Origin: Candidatus Hydrogenedentota bacterium
Lineage (GTDB): Bacteria > Hydrogenedentota > Hydrogenedentia > Hydrogenedentales > JAEUWI01
Length of the DNA: 64,000 bases
Assembly: GCA_034669905.1 (NCBI GenBank)
Contig: JAXMOL010000028.1
Span: 1 to 64,000, forward strand
Direction: 5' to 3'
The stretch's first letter is position 1, and each line of letters begins with the position of its first letter. Below are positions 54,251 to 64,000 of the stretch, one piece after another. A model generated the notes under the pieces. That model was not told where the DNA came from. It searched no databases and worked only from the letters and a program-made list of their open reading frames with translations. Both the position numbers and the translations under genes were made by a program.

Positions 54251-57073
54251 ATGATCGTTCCGGGTCCCGACAACCCCTATTTCAAACTCCTACGCGGTGT
54301 TTTTTATACCTGGGTCGTGGGGCTCATCCTCGCGCTCTACCCCTATGCCGAGGATCCGGCCACCCCCATAAAAATGTTGCTGAGCGCGGCGGCCCTGCTG
54401 GCCCTCACTGGTATCGGTGCCGTGGGCATACTCCGACGCGCTATCGCCCTTCGCCCCGTGTCCCCACCGGTCTATCTCCTCTTCGTATGGCTGGCCCTCC
54501 TCTCCCTTTCTGCCGTCGTTGCGGAACACCCGGCACGCAGTCTCCACGCGCTCTTGCCCTGGGTGCTCTTCGGAACCCTGGCCCTGTTCGCCCACCAACT
54601 CTTTTCCCACGCCCGCCACGTGCGCACCCTCTTTCGTGTCATCGTCGGCGCTACGGTCCTTTCCAGCCTCTACGGATTCCTCCAATACGCGGGCCTTGAC
54701 CCCTTCCCCTGGGCACAGGTGAACGTGGAAGAATACCGGGGCCTCCCCGCTACCTTTGGCAACCCCAACTTTGCAGGCCACACCCTGATCATCGCCATCG
54801 TGCTGGCCGGGGGCCTCGTCGTCGATGGCTGGCACCGCGCACAACGGCGGCGCGCCATACTGTTCCCCGCAGTGGCCCTGCTGATTCTCCCCACCCACCT
54901 ATATCTCACCCACATGCGCGCGGGGCTCCTGGCCCTGCTCCTCGGGGGACTGGCCGTTATTCTCATGCTGGTGCTGCGGTCCCGAAAACATACGGCCCGC
55001 TTCGGCTGGTCCGTGGGCGTGGCGGCCGTCGGCGGGCTACTCCTCATCGCAGCCCTGGTCGCGGCCACCTTCACCGCCCAGCTCCCCCTGGACACGTCGC
55101 TCCAGCTTCGGCTCCATGGATACTACGGGGCCGCCCAACTCTTCCTCGACCATCCAGGCTTCGGCGTTGGGCCCGGTGAATACGCCTACCACAATATCCC
55201 CTACTGGACGAACTTTGAGTCCCTGTGGTTCGCCCTCGAAGGCAAGCGCAATCTCCATGTGCACAATGAGTGGCTCGAAGTGGCCCTCGAAGGTGGTCTC
55301 CCGGCCCTCTTTCTGCTGGTCCTCCTCTTTCTCCATGGCCTCATCGCACCCTTCCGCCGTCCTTCCCGGCCATCGCCCCCGCGATTCACCCTGCCCGTCG
55401 TACTGCTGGTGGTCGCCGTCGACGCCTGCTTCGGATTCAACCTCCACGTGCCGGTAAGTGCCGCCCTCGTCTTTGTATTGCTCCTGCTACAACCCGATGG
55501 CACCGAACGGTGGTCCCTTCCCCAGGCCCGGGCCCGATGGGCCATTCCCCTCGTCCTTGTGCCCCTGGCGGTCGTGTATTTCCTCCAGGCCTTCTGGCTC
55601 TTTCAGGGCGCACAACACTATCAGCGGGGACAAGGCGCCCTCGCGTGGTTACGCACCCACCCCGCCGACACGCCCACGGGCGACGACGCGGTACGGGCGG
55701 CGGCGCGCAATGCCTTTCAGCAGGCCCATGCCCTCCAACCCTGGGAACACCGCCCCCTCCAGGCCCTCGCCCAGTTGTCCCAGGAAGAAGGCAGGCTGGA
55801 CGACGCCGTGGCCCTGTTGGAAAAGGCCCGAAGCCAGCACCCCCACCTCCCCCAACTGAACCTGGCGCTGACCCGCGTGTACTTGGAGAAAGCGCAAGGG
55901 GCATCGGGCGCAGCGCGAAGGGCCCTGCTGGACCGGGCCCAAGGCCTCGCGCAGCAAACGGCGACCCAGTGCCCGGCCCTCGGAGAGGCCCACGCCCTCC
56001 TCGGCTGGACCTACTGGCTGGCTGACACATCCCCCACCGGAGCGAACGACGAGGCCATCGCCGCCTTTGAAACGGCCCGTCAACACGGTGTCCCTGCCAA
56101 CCCATCGCTGGAGCACGCCCTCGCCCTCGCCTATGGGGCACGGGGTCAATGGGCCAAAGCGGTCGCGGCCCGTCGGCGAAGCCTGACCCTCGCCCCCGCC
56201 GAAAGCACCTATTGGGACGCCTATGCCGCCCTCGTCGAAGCAGCCCCGGAACAGGCGACAACCTATCGCCAACGGCTCCGTCACGTGCTGAGTTCGGAGA
56301 CGGCCCTGGACGAAGTCCTCCGCGCCCACCTGGCCCAACGCCTCGCGGCGGCTTCTACCCAATCGCTGGAACAGGAAATTTCACGGCGCAGCCTTCGGCA
56401 GGTGGCCAACCGGAATCCCGACGACATCCGGCTATGGAACGCGTGGTTCCAGCTGGTGCCCAAGGAAAAACGGGAGGCCGCATTGCGGGAGATTGGCGTA
56501 ACGGTAGGCCTTTCCGAAAACCTGGCCCCCCTGCTGCTCCCTATGGTCCACGCCGTACAGGCGCGCCCCGGTGACCATAGTGCCCTCGCGGAACTTACCC
56601 ACCGTTGCGCCCAAATGCCGGGGCGACACACCCCCGAGTACAATCGCAAGACCATGGGCGCCCTCCTTCAGTTCGTGTTGGAGACCTCGAACAACAGCCC
56701 ACACACCTCGAGCTATCGCGGGCAACTCGCTTTCTTGCTCGGGGACTATGGGACGGCCGTGTCATTGCTGCAACAGGCCGCAAAGGAAGCACCCGCGGAC
56801 GCCCAGGGTGAAACGACGTACTATCTCTCCCAGGCACTCGCCCATCACGGTAAGCCCGCAGCCGCCCTTGCCCTGGCACGGGAAGCCCTCCAGTCCGACC
56901 CCGCCTCGGTCGCCTGCCAATGGAACTTTGCCTTGCGCCTGGTGGAATCGGGTGAAACGGCGGCCGCTCAATTTCAATTGGAGGCACTCCTGCCCCAGTT
57001 GAAGCGATCTCCGGAGGATTACGCGGCGATCGTGGGCCATCTTGAAGCCCTCCGAAGTGGGGCCACGCCATGA
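54251..57073 (+). CDS. O-antigen ligase (Wzy_C)/oligosaccharyltransferase family protein with a long TPR extension
   Basis: YG.LQY.G.DP..W, TFGNPNF, RAG, GVGPG.Y, HVHNEWLE...EGG; many TM helices followed by Ala-rich TPR helices. Confidence 0.85.
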   Translation: MIVPGPDNPYFKLLRGVFYTWVVGLILALYPYAEDPATPIKMLLSAAALLALTGIGAVGILRRAIALRPVSPPVYLLFVWLALLSLSAVVAEHPARSLHALLPWVLFGTLALFAHQLFSHARHVRTLFRVIVGATVLSSLYGFLQYAGLDPFPWAQVNVEEYRGLPATFGNPNFAGHTLIIAIVLAGGLVVDGWHRAQRRRAILFPAVALLILPTHLYLTHMRAGLLALLLGGLAVILMLVLRSRKHTARFGWSVGVAAVGGLLLIAALVAATFTAQLPLDTSLQLRLHGYYGAAQLFLDHPGFGVGPGEYAYHNIPYWTNFESLWFALEGKRNLHVHNEWLEVALEGGLPALFLLVLLFLHGLIAPFRRPSRPSPPRFTLPVVLLVVAVDACFGFNLHVPVSAALVFVLLLLQPDGTERWSLPQARARWAIPLVLVPLAVVYFLQAFWLFQGAQHYQRGQGALAWLRTHPADTPTGDDAVRAAARNAFQQAHALQPWEHRPLQALAQLSQEEGRLDDAVALLEKARSQHPHLPQLNLALTRVYLEKAQGASGAARRALLDRAQGLAQQTATQCPALGEAHALLGWTYWLADTSPTGANDEAIAAFETARQHGVPANPSLEHALALAYGARGQWAKAVAARRRSLTLAPAESTYWDAYAALVEAAPEQATTYRQRLRHVLSSETALDEVLRAHLAQRLAAASTQSLEQEISRRSLRQVANRNPDDIRLWNAWFQLVPKEKREAALREIGVTVGLSENLAPLLLPMVHAVQARPGDHSALAELTHRCAQMPGRHTPEYNRKTMGALLQFVLETSNNSPHTSSYRGQLAFLLGDYGTAVSLLQQAAKEAPADAQGETTYYLSQALAHHGKPAAALALAREALQSDPASVACQWNFALRLVESGETAAAQFQLEALLPQLKRSPEDYAAIVGHLEALRSGATP

Positions 57074-57795
57074 AGCCACTTTCCAAGCGACACCGCTACG
57101 TCTTTCCTGCTATCGCCGGAACCATCACCCTGATGATGCTCGCCGGGGCCCATGGGTATCGCCTTCGGGGGGAAGCCCCCCTGCAGGCCGCCACGGCTCA
57201 ATTGGGCACCGTCTTCCTCGCACAAGCCGCGCGTTTTGAAGCCGCAGGGGAGTTGGAGAGCGCGCTGGATTACTACGAGCGGGCACTGACGGGCGGCCTC
57301 GCAGGAGAGCAAGACCGTGTCCAGGCCCATAAGCGCTGCGGCGTCATTCGCTGGAAGCAGGGCAATTATGCCGCCGCCCTGCCCCACCTCCGGGCGGCAC
57401 AAGCCAGCCCCCTGCGCAGTCTGAATGGCTACCGCCCCCTGGTAGAATCCTTGACAGCGGAAGGAAACATTGCCGAAGCAGAAACCTTCGCGGCGCGCTG
57501 GCGCGAAGAAGCCAGCGGCGATGTTGCCCAAACGGCCGATGCCCACCATGCCCAAGGCAGGCTCGCCCTCCATCGGGATGACCGCGCGGCCGCCATCGCC
57601 CATTTCGAGGCCGCGATCGAGCGGGTGCCCACGCACCGGGCCCACATCGATCTCGCACGAATCCACTTGGAGCAGGACGCACCCGAAAAGGCCCGCGACC
57701 TGTTGATACGCTTCCTGAGCACCAGCGCCCCGGGGGCCGCAGCCAACGAGGCACGGGCGTTGTTACGCCAACCGATTCCGGTGAATCCATCCTGA
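57070..57795 (+). CDS. Membrane-anchored TPR protein
   Basis: 4-nt overlap with the upstream gene; N-terminal hydrophobic helix; TPR-like helices. Confidence 0.8.
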   Translation: MKPLSKRHRYVFPAIAGTITLMMLAGAHGYRLRGEAPLQAATAQLGTVFLAQAARFEAAGELESALDYYERALTGGLAGEQDRVQAHKRCGVIRWKQGNYAAALPHLRAAQASPLRSLNGYRPLVESLTAEGNIAEAETFAARWREEASGDVAQTADAHHAQGRLALHRDDRAAAIAHFEAAIERVPTHRAHIDLARIHLEQDAPEKARDLLIRFLSTSAPGAAANEARALLRQPIPVNPS

Positions 57796-57835
57796 TGAAT
57801 CAATGACTCGCTGAGATAAACTTATCCCCCCCAGA

Positions 57836-57867
57836 ACCCCCCCTCCTGGGAGGGGCAGGGGTGGGTT
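57836..57867. repeat. Short palindromic REP-like or terminator element
   Basis: CCCCTCCTGGGAGGGGCAGGGGTGGGTT between convergent genes. Confidence 0.5.
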
Positions 57868-57903
57868 AAGTTCCGAAGAGTACCGCAGGAGGGCGATGTC
57901 GAG

Positions 57904-60900
57904 CTATTTGAAATACACCATCAGCGTCTTAATTTCAAAGGGTGCCATCGCAATCGTCACATCATCGTTGCGGATCTTGAGGGCTTCGGCTTCCTCTTCC
58001 ATGAGGTTGCAGGAATAGACCTTCTTAATCGGACGTCCGAAACTGACCTTCACATTACCCCGGCTGTTTTCGGCTTCATAGAGCCGCACAATCATGGCGT
58101 CGTCGGCTTCCGCCTTCTTCACCGCCTCCACGATCACGTTGGGCGCACTCACCTGGCAACAGTCCAGCGCACGCAAGGTCCCCGAGCCGCCCTCCAGTTT
58201 CTCGCTCCGAAGCGGTACGTTCAGCCCATAGGCTTCTCGCGTCACCGTTTCAGCGGAGAAGGCCCCCTCGTGGGGGAAGAGCGCATAGGTGAAGCGGTGC
58301 TCGCCGAGATCCGCTTTTTCGTCGGGACAGCGGGGTGACTTCATGAGCGTCAGGGACAACTGATCGTCCAGGGTGTCGTAACCGTATTTACAATCGTTGA
58401 GCAGGGAAACACCATAGTTCCCCTCAGAGAGATCCACCCACTTGTGGGCGCACGATTCAAACTGGGCCCGGTCCCACGAGGTGTTCTCATGGGTATTCCG
58501 CAGCACGTGTCCAAACTGAATCTCGCTCCGAATCTGGGCCGTGTGCACATCCAGGCCAAAGCCCACTTTCAGTAGGGTCCGCTCTTCCTGCCAATCGAGG
58601 TGGGTCGAGAAATCGATGCGCCGCGTATGGGCATAGACCACCATATCCTGCGTCAGGGTCGAGGCGCGCCCCACCTGCCACGTGCTGCGAATGGAAAGAA
58701 ACAGGGGCCCGTCGGCTACGAGCTCCCGGGAACTCATGGCGCCCACAGGCGTCACATGGTCGCGGTAGTAGCGGTCAATATCCCAGGCATCCCAGAAGAG
58801 GGGCATGTCCTCCGCCGTATACAACTGATTCAAGACCTTGCCCGATGCGACCACTTCCCGCTGGGCTTCCTTGTCGAAGAGCCGGTTGATCGTGCCGTTC
58901 TTGTCGAAGGTGATGGTGTAAAACGGTGTCTCCAGGCCCTTGCCCGAATAACTGAAGGGCGACGCCACTTCGGCCCCATCACTGCGCACGGCGATGGGCG
59001 TCACGCTCAGACTACCCGTCTGGGCCAACACTGCGAGGCCCCCTTCCGTCTCCTGACAGGGCAGAGCCCGGCCCTCGTTGTCGCAGGCCCCATTCCCATC
59101 CACGTCGGGCAACAGCACCACGTCTTCCCGGGCCCACGAAAGGGCGTTGGCCACCAGGTACCCCCGGTTTTCGCTGTCCGGATGCAATTGCTGCCCCAGC
59201 ACCGTAAGAGCTTCCCGCCGTGCTTCCAACAGGTCGGCTTCCATGGCCGCATATTCTGCTTCGGCCACTTCATAGACCCGACGGATGCTCGTGCCCGGAA
59301 TGATGTCATGAAACTGATTGGTCAACAGGGTCCGCCAGTGCCCTTCGAGGCGGGCCGCCGGATAGGCCATTCCATAGGCCATGGCCATGGCGGAGTAAAG
59401 CTCCACTTCCCGGAGCAGCAACTCCAGCTTGCGGTTGTACCGCTTGGTGCGACTCTGGGTCGTGTAGGTGCCCCGGTGGTATTCCAGGTAGAGTTCGCCC
59501 ACCCACGTCGGACGGGTCACCTCCTCTTCTCGAAGTTTCTCCAGAAACTTCGATACATTCACCCACTCCGTCTTGGGGCACCCTTCGAGATCTTTCATGC
59601 GCACGGCGTTTTCGCACATCTCCCGGCTGGGCCCACCACCCCCATCGCCCCAACCCACGGAGCTCAGGGTCGCATCCTGAATTTCCTTGTACTGGACGCG
59701 GCTCCACACGTGCTGGGAAGCCTCGGGCAACACGGGCGCGTTGTAGCCCATGAATTCGCCCATCATGTTGATGTAGTGGGTAAAAATGCGGCTGCCGTCG
59801 ATGCCTTCCCAGTGAAAGGTGTCGTAGGGGAATCGGTTGGTATCGCCCCAGTTGATCTTGCTGGTCACAAAGTTCTTGATGCCGCTCTTCTGCAGGATCT
59901 GGGGCAGGGCCGCGCTGTACCCAAACACGTCGGGCAGCCACAGCGTGTCCCCCGTATAGCCAAAGAGGGCCCGGGTCTTCTTGCGCCCTTCCAGAAACTG
60001 ACGCACCAGGGATTCGCCGCCCGTTACGTTACAATCGGCTTCTACCCACATGCCGCCATTGGGTTCCCAACGGCCTTCCTTCACCCGCTTCTTAATCTTG
60101 GTGAGCAGTTCCGGGTAGTGGGTTTCGATGACATCGTAAAGCCACGGTTGGGACTGTTGGAAGCGGAATTCCGGGTAGTCTTCCATGAGATTAAGAATGG
60201 TGGAAAAGGACTTGGCCGCCTTGCGGATGGATTCCTTCACGGGCCAGAGCCAACCGATATCGATGTGGCAGTGGCCCACAATACCCACGGTGGGTGTGGT
60301 GGGACCATTCTTCGTGGCCAGCTCCGGGGCCAGTCGCTTTCGGGCGAGGGCCGCCGCCGACTCGAGCTCCGCCTCCTCCTTCCACGCCATGGGCACGTGG
60401 TTCAACGCTTCGTTGAGGGCCGCCAGCAGACGGGCCCTTCGGAGGCTGCTTTCATCGAGCATAATCGCCGTGCGGTAGAGCACGTCGGCATCGTAGTACA
60501 GGGCCGCGGCATGCTCCCGCTCATACATCAACACACTCGACTCCAGGGGCAAAGGAGGTTCCACACCCGGGTCCCGCTCGGTGAACTGGTGGGTGTACAT
60601 CACGTCCTGGAAGGGGTCCATCCCCGGCATGAGATGGCCCGTATAGGCCTCCACATAGATCTCGTGGGACTCGCCGCCCCGGGCGTTGCGGTGCAGCAGA
60701 ACTTCCTCGTGGCCATGGTTCATTCCGGCGAAGGCTTCCCCATCGAGCCAGAGCAACTTATCCGTGTGGCTGCCGTGCCGATAAAAAACCCGCTTTCCCT
60801 TGCAGGAGCGGGGCACATCGATATGCCCGCGAAACCACGTGGTGCCCCAATGTTCGCCCCAGGTGCACCCCACCGGTGCGGGCACATACTGCAACGACAC

Positions 60901-61029
60901 GGGCGGCACCCGAAAATGCTCCATGGTCGCGGCCATTTCCAGGGGCACTTCCGCCACATGGACATAGCGCCACTGTTTCAACTTCTCAATACGACGGCCG
61001 AGTTTTTCAACGATTTTTGGGGGAAGCAT
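57904..61029 (-). CDS. Alpha-mannosidase, GH38
   Basis: GHCHIDIGWLWP, GGMWVEAD, WLPDVFGY, GDGGGGP, GELYLEYHRGTYT, NQFHDIIPG, LLNDCKYG. Confidence 0.95.
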   Translation of the reverse strand: MLPPKIVEKLGRRIEKLKQWRYVHVAEVPLEMAATMEHFRVPPVSLQYVPAPVGCTWGEHWGTTWFRGHIDVPRSCKGKRVFYRHGSHTDKLLWLDGEAFAGMNHGHEEVLLHRNARGGESHEIYVEAYTGHLMPGMDPFQDVMYTHQFTERDPGVEPPLPLESSVLMYEREHAAALYYDADVLYRTAIMLDESSLRRARLLAALNEALNHVPMAWKEEAELESAAALARKRLAPELATKNGPTTPTVGIVGHCHIDIGWLWPVKESIRKAAKSFSTILNLMEDYPEFRFQQSQPWLYDVIETHYPELLTKIKKRVKEGRWEPNGGMWVEADCNVTGGESLVRQFLEGRKKTRALFGYTGDTLWLPDVFGYSAALPQILQKSGIKNFVTSKINWGDTNRFPYDTFHWEGIDGSRIFTHYINMMGEFMGYNAPVLPEASQHVWSRVQYKEIQDATLSSVGWGDGGGGPSREMCENAVRMKDLEGCPKTEWVNVSKFLEKLREEEVTRPTWVGELYLEYHRGTYTTQSRTKRYNRKLELLLREVELYSAMAMAYGMAYPAARLEGHWRTLLTNQFHDIIPGTSIRRVYEVAEAEYAAMEADLLEARREALTVLGQQLHPDSENRGYLVANALSWAREDVVLLPDVDGNGACDNEGRALPCQETEGGLAVLAQTGSLSVTPIAVRSDGAEVASPFSYSGKGLETPFYTITFDKNGTINRLFDKEAQREVVASGKVLNQLYTAEDMPLFWDAWDIDRYYRDHVTPVGAMSSRELVADGPLFLSIRSTWQVGRASTLTQDMVVYAHTRRIDFSTHLDWQEERTLLKVGFGLDVHTAQIRSEIQFGHVLRNTHENTSWDRAQFESCAHKWVDLSEGNYGVSLLNDCKYGYDTLDDQLSLTLMKSPRCPDEKADLGEHRFTYALFPHEGAFSAETVTREAYGLNVPLRSEKLEGGSGTLRALDCCQVSAPNVIVEAVKKAEADDAMIVRLYEAENSRGNVKVSFGRPIKKVYSCNLMEEEAEALKIRNDDVTIAMAPFEIKTLMVYFK

Positions 61030-61170
61030 GGGAGTCCTCTATGAATTATCGGCGCAGCGCACCGAAGATAACGAAAATGATGGGGAATTTTAGCACAGCG
61101 GAACGAAATAGACGTAAGCTATGGACACCACATCTCGGGTTGGGGCCCCATGGATTCCAAAACGACTGAA

Positions 61171-61536
61171 AGGGTGCCACCCGTACAGACACGAGGCACG
61201 AGTGGCTTTACGGGTGTTTCGGTCCAGTAGCCTCACCCACAAACTTCCCCCGAGCCATCGCGATATAGAGCACAGCCGACTCCATCGAAATTCCGTGCCG
61301 CGCGATCGTTACCTGGCGAGTTTCAACGAGTTTGGTGACGTTCGTGCGCATGGAGCGTCCGTGTCGCCGGAACACAGAGACTGCCCCGCGTGGGCGTCCG
61401 ATCGACTCACGACTTCCCTTCTATGTCGTAGGACGCTCGCGGGAGTACTGGACGCTTACTCACCATCATGAAGGCTCCATGCGCACGAACCCGTCAGGTC
61501 TCGTTGAAACTCGCCTTTTGGGGATCGCGCGGCACG
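61171..61536. repeat. Intergenic REP cluster: GGGTGCCACCC-family arms (61171-61252) plus a CGTGCCGCGCGATC REPIN with ~63-bp inverted arms (61294-61536)
   Basis: CGTGCCGCGCGATC..GGCGAGTTTCAACGAG..GTTCGTGCGCATGGAGC and its reverse complement. Confidence 0.8.
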
Positions 61537-61660
61537 ACCAGGTATTTCTTCCTCGAGATTGGACGAGCCCTAGTGCTATCTACAACCCTTCTTATCCTTG
61601 TGCGTCTCCAAGGCCATTGCTATACTGTGGCCAACACCCAACCATCAAAAGGATTAGCCC

Positions 61661-62824
61661 ATGGCCAAGAGTGGCGGAAAAATACTGTTCGGATTTCTTT
61701 TCTTCGTGGTACTCACCGGTGCCCTCGCGGGCGGGGGGGCCTGGTACCTCACCGAATCCCGCGCCGACGGCTATCGCGCTACCGCGACCCTGTTGGTCAC
61801 CCCCGGCGATAGCAACCTCGGCGCGTCTGCCCAATCGGGGGACGTCTCGGCTCCGGCCAGCCTCCACAACGCCCTCGGCATTACCCCCCGCGCCACAGCC
61901 ATTGCCCCGCCGGACTACGCCACCCTCTTTACAACGGATGAGATGGCGAATGCCTTGCGGGAGCGCCTCGGCGTGGAAATGCCCCTCGAGGCAGTGCGCG
62001 CGGCCATGAATGCAGAAACCCAAGTCGCCCTGCAAACCCGTAACAACGTGGTCTATCGCCGCACGATTTCCCTTCATTTCACGGCTGATACCCCCGAGCT
62101 CGCCGAAAAAGGGGCCAATGGCTGGGCCGCCATCGCGCAGGAACAGGCCGTGGAATGGCAGGCCAAAGACCAGGAACGCCGTGCATTCACCTTGCAACAG
62201 CGCCTGGAAACCTTGCGTAGCGAACGGGATAGCGCCCAAGACGTCGAGGACACCCTGCTCCAGGGAGCTCCGGTAGAGAGTCTGGAGGCTGCGGCCCAGA
62301 AAGAGCGCGCCGCCGCCCAGCAGATGAAGGAGGAGCTCCGCGCCATGGAACAAGCCCTGGCACGGGATGAGGCCACCCTTGCGACCCTGAAGAGCTACAT
62401 CTCCAAGGCCCCCGTCGCGGTCGTATTGGAACTCTCCGTCAAAGAAGCCGATCTGGAAGCCACCCTCGCCGGCACCCGCGCGGAGCGGGATTACCTCGCA
62501 GCCCAGGTCGCCGCATTGGCGCCGGAGAATACGGAGGGCCACAACACGAGGGCCGAAACCCGTCGCCAACTGGAAACAACCCGAGCCACCATTGCCCGCC
62601 TCACGCCCCAGATTCGCACCGTAGAAAACGCTCTCTCTGCCCTGTCCAATCCCGAACCCGCAATCCAGATCGCCGCACTGGCCGTGGCCCCCGAAACCCC
62701 CATCGGTCCACACCGCTATGTGTTGGTCGGTGGTGCGGCCGCCTTGGGAGCCATCCTCGGCATGATTCTTTACTTTGGCCTCTTGACGTTGCGGGTCTAT
62801 GCCCGGGACCTGGATCGCCCGTGA
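61661..62824 (+). CDS. Wzz/polysaccharide co-polymerase-like protein
   Basis: N- and C-terminal TM helices, Y.ATATLLV, long coiled coil, A..PETPIGP before the last TM helix. Confidence 0.75.
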   Translation: MAKSGGKILFGFLFFVVLTGALAGGGAWYLTESRADGYRATATLLVTPGDSNLGASAQSGDVSAPASLHNALGITPRATAIAPPDYATLFTTDEMANALRERLGVEMPLEAVRAAMNAETQVALQTRNNVVYRRTISLHFTADTPELAEKGANGWAAIAQEQAVEWQAKDQERRAFTLQQRLETLRSERDSAQDVEDTLLQGAPVESLEAAAQKERAAAQQMKEELRAMEQALARDEATLATLKSYISKAPVAVVLELSVKEADLEATLAGTRAERDYLAAQVAALAPENTEGHNTRAETRRQLETTRATIARLTPQIRTVENALSALSNPEPAIQIAALAVAPETPIGPHRYVLVGGAAALGAILGMILYFGLLTLRVYARDLDRP

Positions 62825-62843
62825 CGGGCGCAGTACCCTCGTT

Positions 62844-64000
62844 GTGAAGCACCGACTGCGCGTGGGTAGCCTCTACTCGCTGGGCGCCGTGGCCTACACC
62901 ACGGTGGCCCTCCTCGCCCTCGGAAAACTCCTCACCAATACGCTCACACCCCACGCCGTGGGCCAGGTGGCCCTTACCCTGCTGGTGGCCGAATCCCTCG
63001 GCATGGCCGCCGGTATGGGCCTCCCGGCCGCCTTGCCCAAACTCCTCGCAGGCCTCGACGCGCCCCGCCTGTCGGCCCTGACCCGACGCCTCGGCACCAT
63101 CCAGTTTATGGCCGCAAGCCATGCCGCCGTGCTGGGGCTGGTCACCCTGTTGCTGCGGCCCTGGTGGCCCACCTCGGCGCAGGATATCTTGCCCGAATCC
63201 CTGGGGCTCCTTTTCGTTTTACCGCTCCTCGTTCTCATGGTGGCTCACCGTGATTTCCTGCTGGCCGCCACGGCCGGTCGCCAGGCCTACCGTGCCCGGG
63301 CAGGGGCCATGGTCTTACTTGCCACCCTCATGGTGCTCCAATTCGCCCTCCTCTATGCCGGGGACATCCAACAGCCCACCGCCTTTCTCGGGGCCCATGT
63401 CCTCGCCGGTTTCGTGGCGATCCTCAGATTACGCCGGGTTATCCCAAAGCCCACCCGCGAGGAAACGAATTCCGCTACAGACAACAAACAGGCCACCCAA
63501 AAGGCCCTCCGCTTCGCCGCCCCCCTCTATGTGAACAACCTCATGAATTTCGTCTACCAACGGTGCGACACCCTAATTATCGTCCTGTGGCTTGACCTGG
63601 GCACGGCCGCCATCGTGGAAATGGCCAAACGCCTCCCGACCCTCCTCTCCCGACTCCTCGGCGCGGGCCTCGTTCCCTACCTGCCCACCCTCTCGGCCTG
63701 CCTCCGCGAAAACGACACCGTCCAGGCCCGCCACCTCATCGTCCAGACCACCACCGTGGTGGCCTTCTGCGGCTATGCCGTCACCCTCTTCCTCACCGCC
63801 ACGGCAACGCCCCTGCTGGCACTCCTCTTTACCGCCGACTATGCGGACGGCGCGGCCGTACTCGGGCTCCTGCTTATTGCCACCTGCCTCGCCGTACAAG
63901 CCGGCGTCATGGGGCAGGCCCTCATCGCCCGGGACCGCCCCAAAACCGTTATGCTTATCAACCTGGCCCTGGGGGCCCTCAGCCTCGGATTAAACCTCCT
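62844..64000 (+). CDS. wzx: Oligosaccharide flippase (Wzx/MOP family), truncated by the window end
   Basis: Own translation from GTG 62844: MKHRLRVGSLYSLGAVAYTTVALLALGKLLTNTL..GLPAALPK..LRFAAPLYVNNLMNFVYQRCDTLII; absent from the ORF track because it has no stop in the window. Confidence 0.8.
   Translation, partial: MKHRLRVGSLYSLGAVAYTTVALLALGKLLTNTLTPHAVGQVALTLLVAESLGMAAGMGLPAALPKLLAGLDAPRLSALTRRLGTIQFMAASHAAVLGLVTLLLRPWWPTSAQDILPESLGLLFVLPLLVLMVAHRDFLLAATAGRQAYRARAGAMVLLATLMVLQFALLYAGDIQQPTAFLGAHVLAGFVAILRLRRVIPKPTREETNSATDNKQATQKALRFAAPLYVNNLMNFVYQRCDTLIIVLWLDLGTAAIVEMAKRLPTLLSRLLGAGLVPYLPTLSACLRENDTVQARHLIVQTTTVVAFCGYAVTLFLTATATPLLALLFTADYADGAAVLGLLLIATCLAVQAGVMGQALIARDRPKTVMLINLALGALSLGLNL

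Noticed and set aside
58600..61044. Long antisense ORFs (also 492-1952, 22158-23309, 27482-28819, 30672-32090, 42336-43619, 48477-49637)
   Set aside because: Typical high-GC shadow frames opposite well-supported genes

Overview
GC-rich bacterial chromosome segment with about 40 CDSs and no rRNA, tRNA, CRISPR array or intact transposase that I could recognise. The gene content suggests a PVC-like organism, possibly Candidatus Hydrogenedentota (inference). It includes DUF1553/DUF1501 and DUF1592/DUF1552 pairs, Ser/Thr kinase-WD40 receptors, and a CHRD-LRR surface protein with a (GE)n linker, EF-hand and GC...LFLxG-TM tail. Other genes: a hybrid histidine kinase, secreted CAZyme-like proteins, scattered polysaccharide/glycosylation genes (GT4, GT2, rfbC, O-antigen-ligase-TPR, Wzz-like, flippase) and a GH38 mannosidase. 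Most interesting: (1) a stand-alone 65-aa gene with a sigma54-type promoter, in which a double-glycine export leader is fused to IGLLLPAVQKVREAAR, the conserved helix of DUF1559 pilin-like proteins; (2) a GxxExxY nuclease gene bracketed by five ~187-bp elements with inverted ends, lying between DUF1553 and DUF1501, with related repeats elsewhere in the window; (3) three orphan paralogous C-termini next to intact genes, one of them in frame behind an amber stop; (4) a Udk-PepE fusion; (5) several interleaved REP/REPIN-like families. All family assignments come from recognising motifs by eye; no database search was run.
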